From: Nemertoderma westbladi
Lineage: Eukaryota > Animalia > Xenacoelomorpha
Direction: 5' to 3'
Assembly: GCA_032718475.1 (NCBI GenBank)
Contig: JAUCBJ010008367.1
Location: forward strand, 1 to 64,000
DNA length: 64,000 nucleotides
The notes under the pieces are model-generated. The model ran no database searches. It was not told the origin of the DNA and was given only the letters and a program-made list of their open reading frames with translations. The translations under genes were made by a program, and so were the position numbers. Shown piece after piece: positions 51,900 through 64,000 of the stretch. Every line of letters starts with the position of its first letter. Position 1 is the first letter of the stretch.

Positions 51900-54800
51900 A
51901 TGACTGAGTTGATAGAAGATGATCTTGGTATCAGAGAGCGATATACTCTACCTATACAAGCGTTTGTCGATAGCTTGATACGCGGCGACGCTGGTCCAAC
52001 TACTACGGAGGATGATGGTCGTTATATCGAACCGCCAATGTCCCAGGAGCAACTTACGCGTGAATTGGACTATCGAAAGTTCACCGCTCGCTATACGCAT
52101 CGTAATGGTACGTATATGGACTTCTTAACTACTGGCCATCCTATCGATTTACACGATACGGACGATGTAGATACCGAAAGGGAAATGGTTTTATTTAAAT
52201 ATCATACCCAGCGGAGTCGGAACGATAAACCGAGAATAGAACACGAGAACTCTATTCGAAACAGACTCGAAAGGGAAGACGTTGAAGAGCCAGATAAACG
52301 CAGTGACTTCAACGATTATCTGGAATTCCTGAGAGAGACATATCTCAATATTGCCAGCCAACAAAATCTCGAAACTCGATATCCTCAAGGTAAACATCAT
52401 GATCCTATGATAGAACTCAAACGACTCTATTTCACTATGATGTATCTTACCGCCGATCGACCGGTACCTGTCATCCCAGATAGCTTCGAACAGATGGAGG
52501 AATATTGTAAAACTGGAGAACGATCACCCGCGTTTCCCCTGCAGGACGTGCGTCTTTGGTATTACTGCGATGAATGCCCTAGACCCAATCAGCAAACGGA
52601 AAGACATAAACATCCGCGGAGACGTTGCGCTAAACACAGTTTTACCCGATATACTTATGGGAGTTTCGAGCGAAACCTGTTCGACGTATCCCCTACGGTC
52701 GCTCGACTCAAACGATCCTTGAATAAACCGATGATCAGAGTTCCGGAATACTCGGTCAGACCTCCTCATTCCTCAGTTAGACCTCAGACTCTTGATCCTA
52801 ATAGTATCACGGATCCTCCCGAACTGTACTCACTGTTCAAAGATCTAGTGTTACCCGAACAGTTGATCGGTGGCACTCCGGTAGTGGGCTCGCTAGATAT
52901 TCGCCAACCCTACCTAGCCGGATTAGGACGCGGTCATCTAATATCGCCGTTTAACCCATACAACCATCCCGGCTTCACCCTCGATCCAACCCGTTACGGA
53001 AGTCGAAGAGAGCGTCGTACGAAATGAGTTAGACGCTATTCAGCAGAAAATCGGAAAGGGAACTTACGATTGTTTGGAGAAACGTAAATTGCAACAACAA
53101 GTCCAAGCGGTGAAGGAATTAGCTTTACCTCAGTTCGATAGAGAAATACAAAATCTCGAGGAGGACATCGAACGTGGACGAACCTACTCTTTACAAGAGT
53201 TCCTAGATGAGCGTCTACAACAACAAGCGGAGGAAAATCAGCTCGAGGAGAGACATATAGAACTAGATGAGAGAGAAGAAGCAGCTTTAGTCCAACCCGA
53301 AGCTCAAATCCTTATGACGGATCTCTACTCTAAAACCATCCTTCATCCCTCGATGGTTCCCCATTTCGGAGACAAACTCTTTGCGACGGTACAACCCCAA
53401 CCGGTTGATATCAACCTAAGATCTCGAGATCTTATCGCTGACGCTCCCATGTTGCAGCATCCGCCCATCGAAGCCGCTCGTGTCGATGGTATACTCGTTG
53501 AACCTCCGGACAATAGAGCGGATCTTGTCCGTCGCATGGTACACGATGTTAACATACGCGCTAGACCTTTACCGGACTCGTTTTATGGGATCAAAGATCA
53601 CCCTTATTACGTCAATCTAACACAATATTACATGGTAAAACCGGAAGATCCTACACATAGTTTGAGGTTTCTACCACTAATAAATCCTCTCGATCTTGTC
53701 GAACTCGAACAACTGCAGAAACATCTGGATCAGTTAGTTAAAGTAAACTCATTTCGAAAACCATATAATGTTTCCAGAATAGAGAAAGAAACAATACCTC
53801 CGTATAATCTTGATGGATTCATCAAAACTCGTTTAGTACACTGGAATCTTGACGTGTTATTCGAGGAGGAAAGAATACAACGATATGGAGATGTGGAAAC
53901 ATATACTACGCAATATTTAAAGTATAGAGACCTACCTAATGCTAGCGAATGCGCTACCTTGTGGCATCCAGTGGGAATGACCCTCGAAAACGCCACTAAA
54001 GAGTGGAACAAGACTCTTAACGTTATCGAGATGTATGGAGTTGTCACTTACGACAACGAAGGTAGCGTTCCGGTTGGAGAACTGGGAACTACGCGGATGA
54101 TACACATACGAGGACTCACTGGTTCTACCCACGTATTTACTCGAGCGTGTTCCGATGTGATTGATTATTCTTTTGAAACTCTTACTGAGACACAAAAGAA
54201 ACTCCGACATGGACAATTCGAACTCGCGCAGCGTTACGTCATCGACACCGAGCGCAAACCGGCCATGTGTATCGATGGATCGATGTTACCCCAGCCCGTG
54301 CTCGAGATGTTGTTTAACGAAAGAATCCTTAAAATCGGCTCCACTGTTTATGGAGACCTACAAAACGACTTTCGGAATATGGAGAACATTCCATACCCTT
54401 TCGTTGATACTCAGCTGATTGCTCCCTGGGCAGAAGGCTGAGATTTCTTCCGCACTATGTATGCCAATACACCCAGCGGCATTACTAAAGTACAACGAAC
54501 CTCCATCGGACATCTTGCCTTTCAAGAATACGGATGGAATTTCAAGGTTGGAAATCCTATAAATTACCAACAAGTATATGGAGACCATTATTCTCGTTTA
54601 TACTTTGATGGACCATTGACCGCACCTGGCGCCGTGTATAGCTTTATGAGTGTTCCACTTCGTCCCTCCTTAGCTATATACACGATCTTTGAAAACGCAG
54701 CACTTGCCGGTTGGCTAGCCGATGTGTGCAGTCGTACCATACGCGCCCATCCCTTAATACTTGGAACCAAACTCGCCAAGTTAGATGAACACAATAAATT

Positions 54801-56154
54801 CATCCGCTTCGAATGTTTCAGGCGCTTTCTGACTCCGTTCCGTAACGTTGATAGTCAGTTCAAGGACCGCGCTCTGACCAAACTCAGCCTAAGAGACTCA
54901 GCTGCGGAGAAGCTAATCAGCGCGGGATTTGCTCTCTTTCAGGACGTTTGTATACAGAACTTACATTCATCTGTTATACAAAGACCCCGAATACCCACAG
55001 GTTATTCTGTCGTGGAAGTTCAGACAATGGGTCCGCTTGCGGAGACAGCCGCACCTACCTCAGCTATGCAATTGGAAGACGAACCAATATGCTTAGAATC
55101 TGAAGCGATCCAGCCTACAGCGCCCCGGAGCAGCGATAACGATTACGTCTTGGAGTGGTATCAAGGTCCACAATGTCTCACCGCATACGATTATCGACAC
55201 GCCAACTATGTTTCTCGAAAACGTTGTCGATTATGCGCATCGAGAGACCATTTCACCCCTATGGACTCAGACGTACCCTGCTCCTATTTCCACGAACAAC
55301 CGATGATGGAAATCTATTGTGCGTATTGCAGACTTAATAACTCGCATATTTTTGCAGTCTGCCCCCAATTTATGACTCAATGCCACCACTGTCAACTTAA
55401 AGGACATGCCAGTTATAATTGCCCCTTTAACCGCGATTTAGAAAGCGTAGATGAGATGATTACCCTGCGCTACATCCGAGCTTGGGAAGCGAACGTGGAT
55501 TTACATTGTGAGTCCCGCCATCGCTATTACCCTGGACGCTCTTACGAGGGAGTTTACACGTTCCATCCTTATTTATTCGCGTCTGTTGAACAAAAAACAC
55601 GCACACCGAGTTACGAACTAATGAAGCGTGTTGGTGAGTGTATTTCCACCAAATTTGTTCGAAAATATCTCAGGAACGTCAATCCTAACGATATTACTTC
55701 ATACCATTTGATCAATTTCATCCGTCAAGACTCTGAGTATGGCGATTTATTTATCAACTCGCACCCTGAGTTACAGGAAGTATCTCGACGGCCCTACGAA
55801 TATCGAGCCCGAGAACGCGAGCTGGAAAGAACCATTAAACCGAGGAAGTTTCTCACCACTCACGGTCCACCTACCGCCATTGTCCAGACGACCCGTCAAG
55901 GACCCGTAGGAGCTGCTGTCCTAAGACGCGCCCTAAAGGCCGTTAGACATCGCTCCACTGAAGTTGATATCGATCAACCAGGTACCTCGACCGGCGGATA
56001 CACCGATCGTAATCCTAAACCTTCTGATGCAATTGTATTGCACCCTTCACCCAGGAGTTACAGCCCTCCTAGTAAAGTGTCTCGCCCCAAAGAGAAAAGG
56101 ACTCTTGCTAGCCTCAAAAAACTGCGTAAACGCCGTCCGCGTAAGAAAGACTAA
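51900..56154 (+). pseudogene. BEL accessory ORF (~1417 aa reconstructed): Cys/His motif, coiled coil, DEDDy-like 3'-5' exonuclease, three zinc knuckles, basic NLS-like tail
   Basis: ORFs 51900-53027, 53074-54441 and 54457-56154 join via a 1-bp insertion near 52981 (supported by alignment to A) and an in-frame TGA at 54439. Motifs VVTYDNEG, LEMLFNERILKIGSTVYGD, FVDTQ, PLRPSLAIYTIFE; CRLC..H, CAYC..H..C, CHHCQLKGHASYNC. Confidence 0.8.
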
Positions 56155-56232
56155 CTGTTTAGAGTATTTTTATATTTTAGAAACTGTGATTTGTTATATT
56201 TTATAGACTTAAATCCCATTTTCTGGGAGCGG

Positions 56233-57412
56233 TGTAAAGGCTTTTGCGGAATTAGCCGGTTATTTTCCCCGTAAAGTACTCTGTAGTTGGTTTAACAGGC
56301 ATAAAAGGCCGTGTCCTTACTGTACTGGTGTTTTAGAGGACATAAAAGCCATTTCTTCTGTATGTGTACTTTAGCGGACATAATTAGCAATTCTATGACG
56401 CAATGCGCCGGATCCTCTTGAAACAGTGTAGCTACCATGACGACGGCTAACAGCTGATGCTGTACACGTGGAGCTTTTTCTTTGTTCTCTGTTCCTTCTT
56501 TGTTCGGTCGACCAATCAGAGCGTTTTTTGCCTCTGCGTTAGAGATTGTATATAGAAACTCGTGGAGTTGAGTCAGTATGTGATTTTGTCCACAGCCTAG
56601 AACACCGGCTTTGGAACCTCCGTGTTTCAGTCTTTAGCCCAACATTAGTAGGCTTAATTATAGAACGTATATCTGTTATCATATCAATTCATAACATAAA
56701 AAACGAACCATAACTCACATATCATATCAATTTATACCTTAACACTTGTACTGCTATTTACTGTCGGTTATTCATTATATTTGTTGATGGAATATTATAT
56801 TTGGAATACTGATAAATAATCAGACACCCCGATCTTCTTGATATACTAAAGGTTAGAGAGACCGGTTACATATAACGATTGCGACTTACATTAAGTGGTT
56901 TGAAGTGAATCTAATGCTATTTCATAGGCCCTACATGTATTGTCTGTTGTTCTCTTTATATGTGACTAAAATTAGTGAAGGTCGGCAGATCAGTGTGCAG
57001 CATTGTGCAGTATTGTGTATGATTGTGACTGATAACAAAGCATCTCCTAAAGAATGCGCCATATACGTGAATCTATAGCCATCCCGTTGTGTCTAGTTTA
57101 AGTCATAACTCTGTTTACATATTTAGAGCGCCACGTCCTAAAGGAACTGTTAATATTTCCCGAAAGTGAATAATATTTGTCAGAGATTATATATATTACG
57201 ATCAGTCGAATAATACAGTAGGCCTACCCCGCAATACGGTTAGGCTTCCGAATCCAGTCTCCCGGGTATATCCAGCGGGTGAATGATCGCGCATAGACTG
57301 GCTTCGGCTAATGTAGTGTATCAAATACTTGTCATAGGCTAAAGACGATCTATTATCTAGAAGACATCCCAATTTGGCAGGTTAAACTGCTAAAGGTCTG
57401 AAAGCGCGAACA
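56233..57412 (+). repeat. 3' LTR of BEL copy B (1180 bp)
   Basis: Follows PPT GGGAGCGG and ends GCGCGAACA before the TSD. Confidence 0.96.
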
Positions 57413-58009
57413 CCAGGCCTGAAGTTCAGTATTCTACTTTTGCTTATAGCAGAACGACATATTTTGCCATTAACATCTGGTTTAAAATGCGGAAGAATTA
57501 TAGTTAATTACTGTAGTACTGGAGTACACTCAAAGTACTGAAACACCGTGAAACACTGAATTGTACCGATTTACTGATGTCCTTGTATATATTCTTATTT
57601 TTGATGATGATATGGAGATGACGCTATATTAACTACTCTTATATCGCAACCTATCATTATTTATATTGGAAGAGGTAAGCTGTGGTTGGTAAATTAGCAG
57701 TCCCGGTTCACAATTAAGTGGTGTGCATGGGAATATATGTTATTTATTAGCCCCAACGTGCGTCAGCCTACCAAACTCCTTATTCATGTATCAATTTGCC
57801 TCAAGTCAGTAAATCAGTGTATTTCAGTCGGGTCCATAATACCCCGCCCCTAAAGGGTGTGCAGACTATGATTCTTGTTCACAATATGTTGTAATTTCCA
57901 TAAGAGATACGCCTGTTTGTTATCTAGAGCGCAACATCTGAAATGGAACTGTTAATACTATCCTGTATGTGAGCATAGCTGTTAGGAATTATATTCACAC
58001 TTATATTTA

Positions 58010-59385
58010 CTACTACTACTAGGTCGAGCGAAATCGGACATTGGAAATGAGATCCTTCCAGGCTTCCCGATTCTCCATAGTTGTCGCAATTTCATTTCTC
58101 CCAAGTTCAGTATCCCTTTCAAGTTGATCTATATATGTTATGGCCGGTCGTCCACGACTACGCTTTCCATGAGTTGGTTGCCAGAGAAGTAGATCTGGTA
58201 TGACCTCGTCTTTACTTCACCAGCAGTGCCCACTGAATCTTAATCTGCGTTCACGGAGGGTGGTTGATACAGGTGGTATTGTACCCTAAAGCTTGGCGTT
58301 TGTCATGTGTTGTCTCCAGCTGATGTTTAGGGCTTCCCTTAGTAGTCTTGTGTAACAACCATCAATTCGTTGTTCAAATGATTTAGTCAGTGTTCAGGGG
58401 TCACCCCCGTATAAAAATACACTTTCCACTGTGGCTCGAAAGAATTAGTCTTCAGGTGCCTGGAGAGATCTGAGTTCCAGATGGTATCCATTTTTGATAG
58501 AGCTACCCAAGCCTTTGCTTTCCTAACTTCTATGTCCTTTTTGCTACTCTCTATCCATGATCCAAGGTACTGGAAGTCATCGACCTTCCTTAGTTGATTA
58601 TTATCAATGGTTGTCAAGTCAAGAATGCTTTCTTGAAGTCAACAAAAGTCATCAATGCGGGGAGATTCTTTGACTTAATTCCTTCAATCAGTCTCCGTAG
58701 TGCAAGTATCTGAGCTATTGTTGATCTACTTGGTCGAAATCCGTTTTGGCTCTTACGCAGTAGTTTCTCTATGTGAGCCCTAATCCTATATAGAATCATT
58801 TTATTGTATATTTTGGCAGCTACCATAAGCAGACAGATCCCACGATAGTTTGTTGGTATGCCGATGTCTCCTTTCTTGGGGAGAGGCTTTAGTTGACCTT
58901 TAGTCCAAATTGGTGGTGGCTCTCTCAAAAGGCGCAACTTTGCACAACTTTTCCGACCAGATACCTCATTTACAGTTTGCCAGGTAAGTCTTGATTGTTG
59001 CTGTATGTGAGCAGTTGTAATTGCTTCAGTTTTATCCTGTATGTACTTTTCCTGGCTGATGTTGTAGGTCAATTTAAGATCGTCCTTAGATCGTTTCTCA
59101 ACCTTGTTAATGTTTTCGGTTGTTGGTTGTTCGGTTTTAACTTTGTAGGCTATCTCAAGATCTTCTCTCTTACAAGTAACCTCAGAGTTTTGCCATGGCA
59201 CATACTGTTTTCGTTTGGGTTTCTGGGGGATATGCCTCTTAGCTGATTCCTTGTGGGCTGTTATTATATTCTGGTATATTGAATTGGTGGATTGGTCTTC
59301 ATCCATTGACTGAAGTGCTTCAAAGCGGTTTTGAACTTCTGCTGTATAAGCATCCTTTACAGCATTGTCAGTTCTGAGTTTCTCC
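58010..59385 (-). mobile_element. RTE-like LINE, 5'-truncated and internally deleted
   Basis: NYRGICL, QNGFRPSRST and FVDFKKAF are joined directly to VDDFQYLGSWI. (TAG)n tail at 58010-58021; 12-bp TSD CACTTATATTTA at 57998-58009 / 59386-59397. Confidence 0.85.
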
Positions 59386-59461
59386 CACTTATATTTAAAG
59401 GGGCACAATTTTGGTAAGCCGATATATTTCAGGCTCCCTAACGGGTCATATGCCGCACTAT

Positions 59462-60665
59462 TGTAAAGGCTTTTGCGGATATAACTAGTCATTTTCCCCG
59501 CAAAGTACTCTGTAGGTGTTTTAGCGGACATAAAAAGCCGTTTTTCTTACTGTGTAGGTGTTTTAGTGGACATAAAAAGCCATTTTTCTGTATGTGTACT
59601 TTAGCGGATATAACAAGCCATTTTATGCCGCAATACGCCAAAATACTCTTAATACAGTGTGGCTTAGATGACGAAATCTATCAGCTGATTTTGATGTCGA
59701 TGTGGAGCTTTCTTAACTCTCTTTGTTCAGCTCACTCGATCAATCAGAGCGATTTTCATTTTATTTGCACAGAAGCCTCCGGGAAATCGCGCAATGCATG
59801 ATGGTCTTTGTTTACCTTTTCCTGAGCCCAGAACATCGGCTTTGGAATTATTCTTAGTTTCAGACTTTAGCCAAACATTCGACGGCTTTGATTATAGGAA
59901 CGTATAACTGTTATCAGCAAACCACTCAAGTTACGCAAAACAGCCCATATCATACTATACATACCTTTCACCGCATTATTTTACTGCTATTTACTGTCGG
60001 TTATTAATTGTTATAAGTTGGTGGATATGTTGTTATATTTGGAGAATATCGATAAATAATCATAAAACCCCAATCTTCTTGATATACTGAAGGTAAGAGG
60101 GACCAGTTACCTGTAGCAACTGCGACTTACATTTATAGTGGTTTTGGAGTGAATTGAATGCTATTTCATAATCCCTACATGTGTCAGTTGCTATTCTCCT
60201 TATATATGATCAAATTTAGTGAAGGTCGGCAGATCAGTGTGCAGCAGTGTGCGGTAGTGTACATGAGTGTGACAGATAACAAAGCATTTCCTAAAGAATG
60301 CGCTTTATACGAAAATCATTAGCCATCCCGTTGTGTTTAGTGTAAGTCATAACTCTGTTTACATACTTAGAGCGCCACGTCCTAAAGGAACTGTTAATAT
60401 TTCCCGAAAGTAAATAATATTTGTCAGAGATTATATATTAACGATCAATCGAATAGTACAGTAAGTCTACACCGCAATAAGTTCAGAGCCTCCGAATCCA
60501 GTCTCCCTTAACTGTGGGTGAATGGTCGCGCATAGGCTGGCTTCGGCTAATGTAACTTTATATCTTATATGCAACAAATACTTGTTATAGGCTAAAGTCG
60601 ATTTATAAACTAGAAGACACCTAAAATTAGCGGGTTAAACTGCTAAAGGTCTAAAAGCGCGAACA
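59462..60665 (+). repeat. 5' LTR of BEL copy C (1204 bp)
   Basis: TGTAAAGGCTTTTGCGG...AAAGCGCGAACA. Confidence 0.92.
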
Positions 60666-60676
60666 ATAACAGTTAT
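60666..60676 (+). promoter_or_regulatory. Non-tRNA primer-binding site of copy C (ATAACAGTTAT)
   Basis: Exact reverse complement of ATAACTGTTAT at 59904-59914 in its own LTR. Confidence 0.6.
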
Positions 60677-62658
60677 TGATTTTTTTCCTTTATTGCACAG
60701 TAGACAATAAATACAGTTTACTATTGTTCTGGTAAGAACAATAACAGTTATTCAGGTTTCTTTATTGAAACGTAGGCAATAAAGTCGAAAGTACCGGTCT
60801 ACCGGTAACCTGTAGGCCTGACTGCCTAACCACCCGAACCGGTACTTACAGCAGTATAGGTACAGCAGTATTATTAGATTTTGATAATTATATACCGGTA
60901 GGTCTTGATATTTAATCAGGGACGGCCGCCCTGGTTTTTTATTGGGATTTTACTTATTTCTGTCAGTTTTATTTATCTGTAAGTTAATATTGAGCAGAAG
61001 GCATGTAAGCCTGCTCAGATTGTACAAATAGTTTGTAGGCTGGATTGTTGTCTGGCTGTTGTCAGGTCCGAAGAGATTGCAGTGTGTGTAGAGTGTATGT
61101 CCGATAAAATACTAGTTAGGAAGGTAGGGGCATCCAGTGTTGTAAGGTAAATCCCCTCCGAAAGAATAAGTCGTACTACTCGGTTAGAACGCATACTAAC
61201 TAACCATTTCGGAGTCTGCATATACTGTAGTTTATTTAGGCTTGATAGTAGTCTGTCAGCATTTGGTTTGTATTTTGTTTGTGTAGTCTGTACGGGTAGC
61301 GTAATATTTATTATTCAGAGTTTATGCGATTATTCGCAACATACACCACCCCAAGTTTATTCCTACAGTAATTGTGCTTGTTATACATACCGTTATAGTT
61401 AAATTAACCCCGGTACTACATCAAGGCTGTTTGGCGTAAGTAAAGACTGGTGATTTTATGCTCTAGTCACTCCAGCAGATACCGTGGTTCTTTTAGCTGT
61501 ACAAGTATTTTTAACTGCTGGTTATTTGTTGTATAAGTACTTGTACCTAATTTAGGGTTTAGTGTACAGTGCTTTCCGAAGGAAATTAGTGTGTAGGCAG
61601 TATATTTGTGTTGTAAAGTGGTTAATAGGCACGTTAGCTATGGTAGGCTGCGGTAATTAACTTCTAGGTAGGGACATTCCGGGTACATAATGTAGTACTT
61701 ATAGAGCTGTAAAGCTAGAGACTATAAGTCGTCAGACGGTGGTATTTTCTTATCTAGACAATGCAATATATTTACTACTGCTTTATTATTTTCAAATACC
61801 GTAGTTTCCTGTCCGTTTGTAATAACCAGAAATTTCTAACCCCTTGTTAGGCTGGTTTGTAGATTTCCTGTAAAATTACCCTAAAATTTGTACGTGTGAT
61901 TTTTTTTGTGTTTATTTAGAGATTGTAATCTCACCCCTTAATTGTACGTAATTTGTAGTAATAAGTAACTTAGTAAATTAGAATTATTTGTTTTAGTGTC
62001 CAATAAGTAGCACTCCACTGAGAGCGTTCAGCTTCTGTGAAGTGACTCCTTACCTAGAAATAATAACATTTATTTCAAATATTGTAACAAAACCCATTAA
62101 ACGGGTATATATATATTATAAATCAACTCAAACCGATTTATAAAATAGTAGGCCTGTCATCCATCAATTAGGTCTTAATATCAGTTGGACTACTGCTTAA
62201 ATAACGGTAATAAAGTAACGTAAAGTAACCCTAAAATTCAGAAATTCAGTTATTCTAAAATAATTGACATACCGGTATTTACGATAGGCTTATTATATTT
62301 ATTTCTATAAATTTAAGCTGAAATTATATACCGGTATTCTGTAATTAATTCTAGTCTATAATTATACTTATATATGCTATAATGTAAGCTGTATACCGGT
62401 ATTCACGGTAGGCTTATTATATATTTATATATATTTGCGCTGAAATTATATACCGGTATTCTGTGACAAGCCCTAGTCTGTAATAATACATATATATATA
62501 CTATAAGTGTATACCGGTATTCTAATATATTGTATATATATCACATTACACTGAGTAACGATATCGGTAATTAATTACTAGGCTTATAGTTGATACTGAA
62601 TTACTAGACTTGCTTTAACTGTAGTTCTAGCAGTAGGCATTCAACTGTACAAACAAAC

Positions 62659-64000
62659 ATGGCTGACATAAAGCAAAACCTGTCAGACAGTCTCCTAGAT
62701 ACAACAATCTGTGATCCAGATAGGAGTGCGGAACGTTTGAGACCGAAGTTCAACTCCCCTCCTACTGTAAGAAAGGTCATCCCTCCAGTAGTAGTATCAG
62801 ACCCTAGGCTAGTCAAACACCGTAGGTCCATCATAGGCACTCGGCCTCAAGTCAAGCGGGACCAAGAGGCAGCTGTTAAACAACAGCAACACTCGAGCTG
62901 ATAACTTATTTCTCAGCAGCCCGATAGCTCCAGTAGTTCACATACTGTAGAGTTGACACCCGAGCGTGGAGCAAAGATGGCAGAAGCAGTTTATTCGGAT
63001 CCACTTCTCATTCTTCCTGAAGCTGTACTTACTAGAGTATTAATTGTGATGGAGGAACATCAAATGGATTGGGCGAGAAGTAAGCGATCGACCAAGGACA
63101 GTTATGCGGGATACACGAAGGAGGAACTGAAGTCTATTGTTGAGACGCAATGGAATTTCCCCGTCCCGGACTCCCGTTTAACTTATCGGAAGCTGCCTGG
63201 GAGGACTTATACAGGATGGGAGTGGTAAGGGACACTAGAGTTCCAGCTGTGTGGAAGAGGTCGGCAGCAGGATATGTACAGGGATTCTTCAGCTCTTTGG
63301 AGCGATTAGAGGAACAACTGTTTCAACAACCCCAAGGACCTCAAGAGCAGGGAGAGCTGCTTTATCAAGTTCGAGAACGTATCCTAAGAATCAGACTAAT
63401 CCTATCGGCCTTTGAGGAAGCCTCGAAAAGAAGCCAAGACACGTCGTTGCAAGTTGCCGTAAAGACTTGGTTCCAGCGGGTGGGTCTCAAAGTTCAAGGA
63501 ACGGCCCAGTGGAAAATTCAGCTGGCTGAGCGCTCAACCCACGGAGAATCAACAGACGCTACCTTTTCTCAAGTGGAAAGCGAAGCGACATTGGAGAAAC
63601 CTCAGAAGAAGGACGCTATTGACATCTATCTGTTGGACTATCAACGATTTATTGGTGACAAAGAGTTGAGGAGACGGCTGGCTGGACTTCACCCTACTAG
63701 TGAAGGAGCCAAATTTGTGTTAGACGCATTAGATGCGGAAATGTTAGTCGCAGAGCAGGCTAAATTTGATGAAAGCATCCTCCTCGCTAGGGAACAGGAA
63801 GAACAATTAAAGAAAAAACGGATAGAAGACAGAAAGGTAGCAACAGCGGCAGTGGCAGAAGTTCAAAGAAAGGCGGCAGCTGCAGCGGCAGCGGCAGAAG
63901 CTGAAAGAAAAGTGGCAGCGGCAGAGGCAGAGGCTGAGGCAGCGGCAGCGGCTGAGGCAGCGGAAAGAAAAGCGGCAGCTGCAACGGCAGAAGCTGAAAG
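62659..64000 (+). pseudogene. BEL gag N-terminus, disrupted
   Basis: MADIKQNLSDSLLD... is homologous to 42167 onward. Stop at 62899, frameshift near 63160, Ala/Glu/Lys repeat at the window end. Confidence 0.88.

Larger units (their letters stand above)
38697..57412 (+). mobile_element. Full-length BEL/Pao LTR retrotransposon copy B, 18,716 bp
   Basis: Two TG...CA LTRs; 5-bp TSD CCAGG (38692-38696, 57413-57417); PPT at 56225-56232; BEL-type gag-pol and a large downstream ORF. Confidence 0.97.
59462..64000 (+). mobile_element. BEL/Pao copy C (5' part; runs off the window)
   Basis: 5' LTR, leader and gag start are homologous to copy B. Confidence 0.93.

Noticed and set aside
52942-53027. Programmed frameshift between cargo ORFs
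   Set aside because: Alignment with copy A is best explained by a private 1-bp insertion near 52981, and no slippery heptamer is evident at the switch
51900-56154. env gene
   Set aside because: No signal peptide, transmembrane anchor or fusion-protein pattern; motifs indicate nucleic-acid binding and a nuclease fold
58614-59531. 305-aa ORF as an intact gene
   Set aside because: It is a chimera of BEL LTR antisense, flank and deleted LINE sequence

Overview
This is AT-rich eukaryotic (probably invertebrate animal) DNA made almost entirely of nested transposable elements; I see no host gene. It holds three copies of one very large BEL/Pao LTR-retrotransposon family: A (4039-16157, minus, 5'-truncated), B (38697-57412, plus, complete, 18.7 kb, CCAGG TSD) and C (59462 to the window end, plus, degenerate). 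It also holds a complete Mag-like Ty3/Gypsy element (29617-35911), three LINE copies plus a LINE 3' fragment, several TIR elements/MITEs and tandem arrays. The BEL/Pao family stands out in two ways. (1) It has no tRNA primer-binding site. The 11-12 nt right after the 5' LTR are instead perfectly complementary to a site inside its own LTR, with a compensatory base change between copies B and C. This is the architecture of Tf1-type self-priming, which I know only from Ty3/Gypsy elements. (2) In the env position it carries a ~1,400-aa accessory ORF with a coiled coil, a DEDDy-like (WRN/Mut-7/Egalitarian-type) 3'-5' exonuclease fold, three zinc knuckles and a basic tail. All calls are by eye; no database searches were run.
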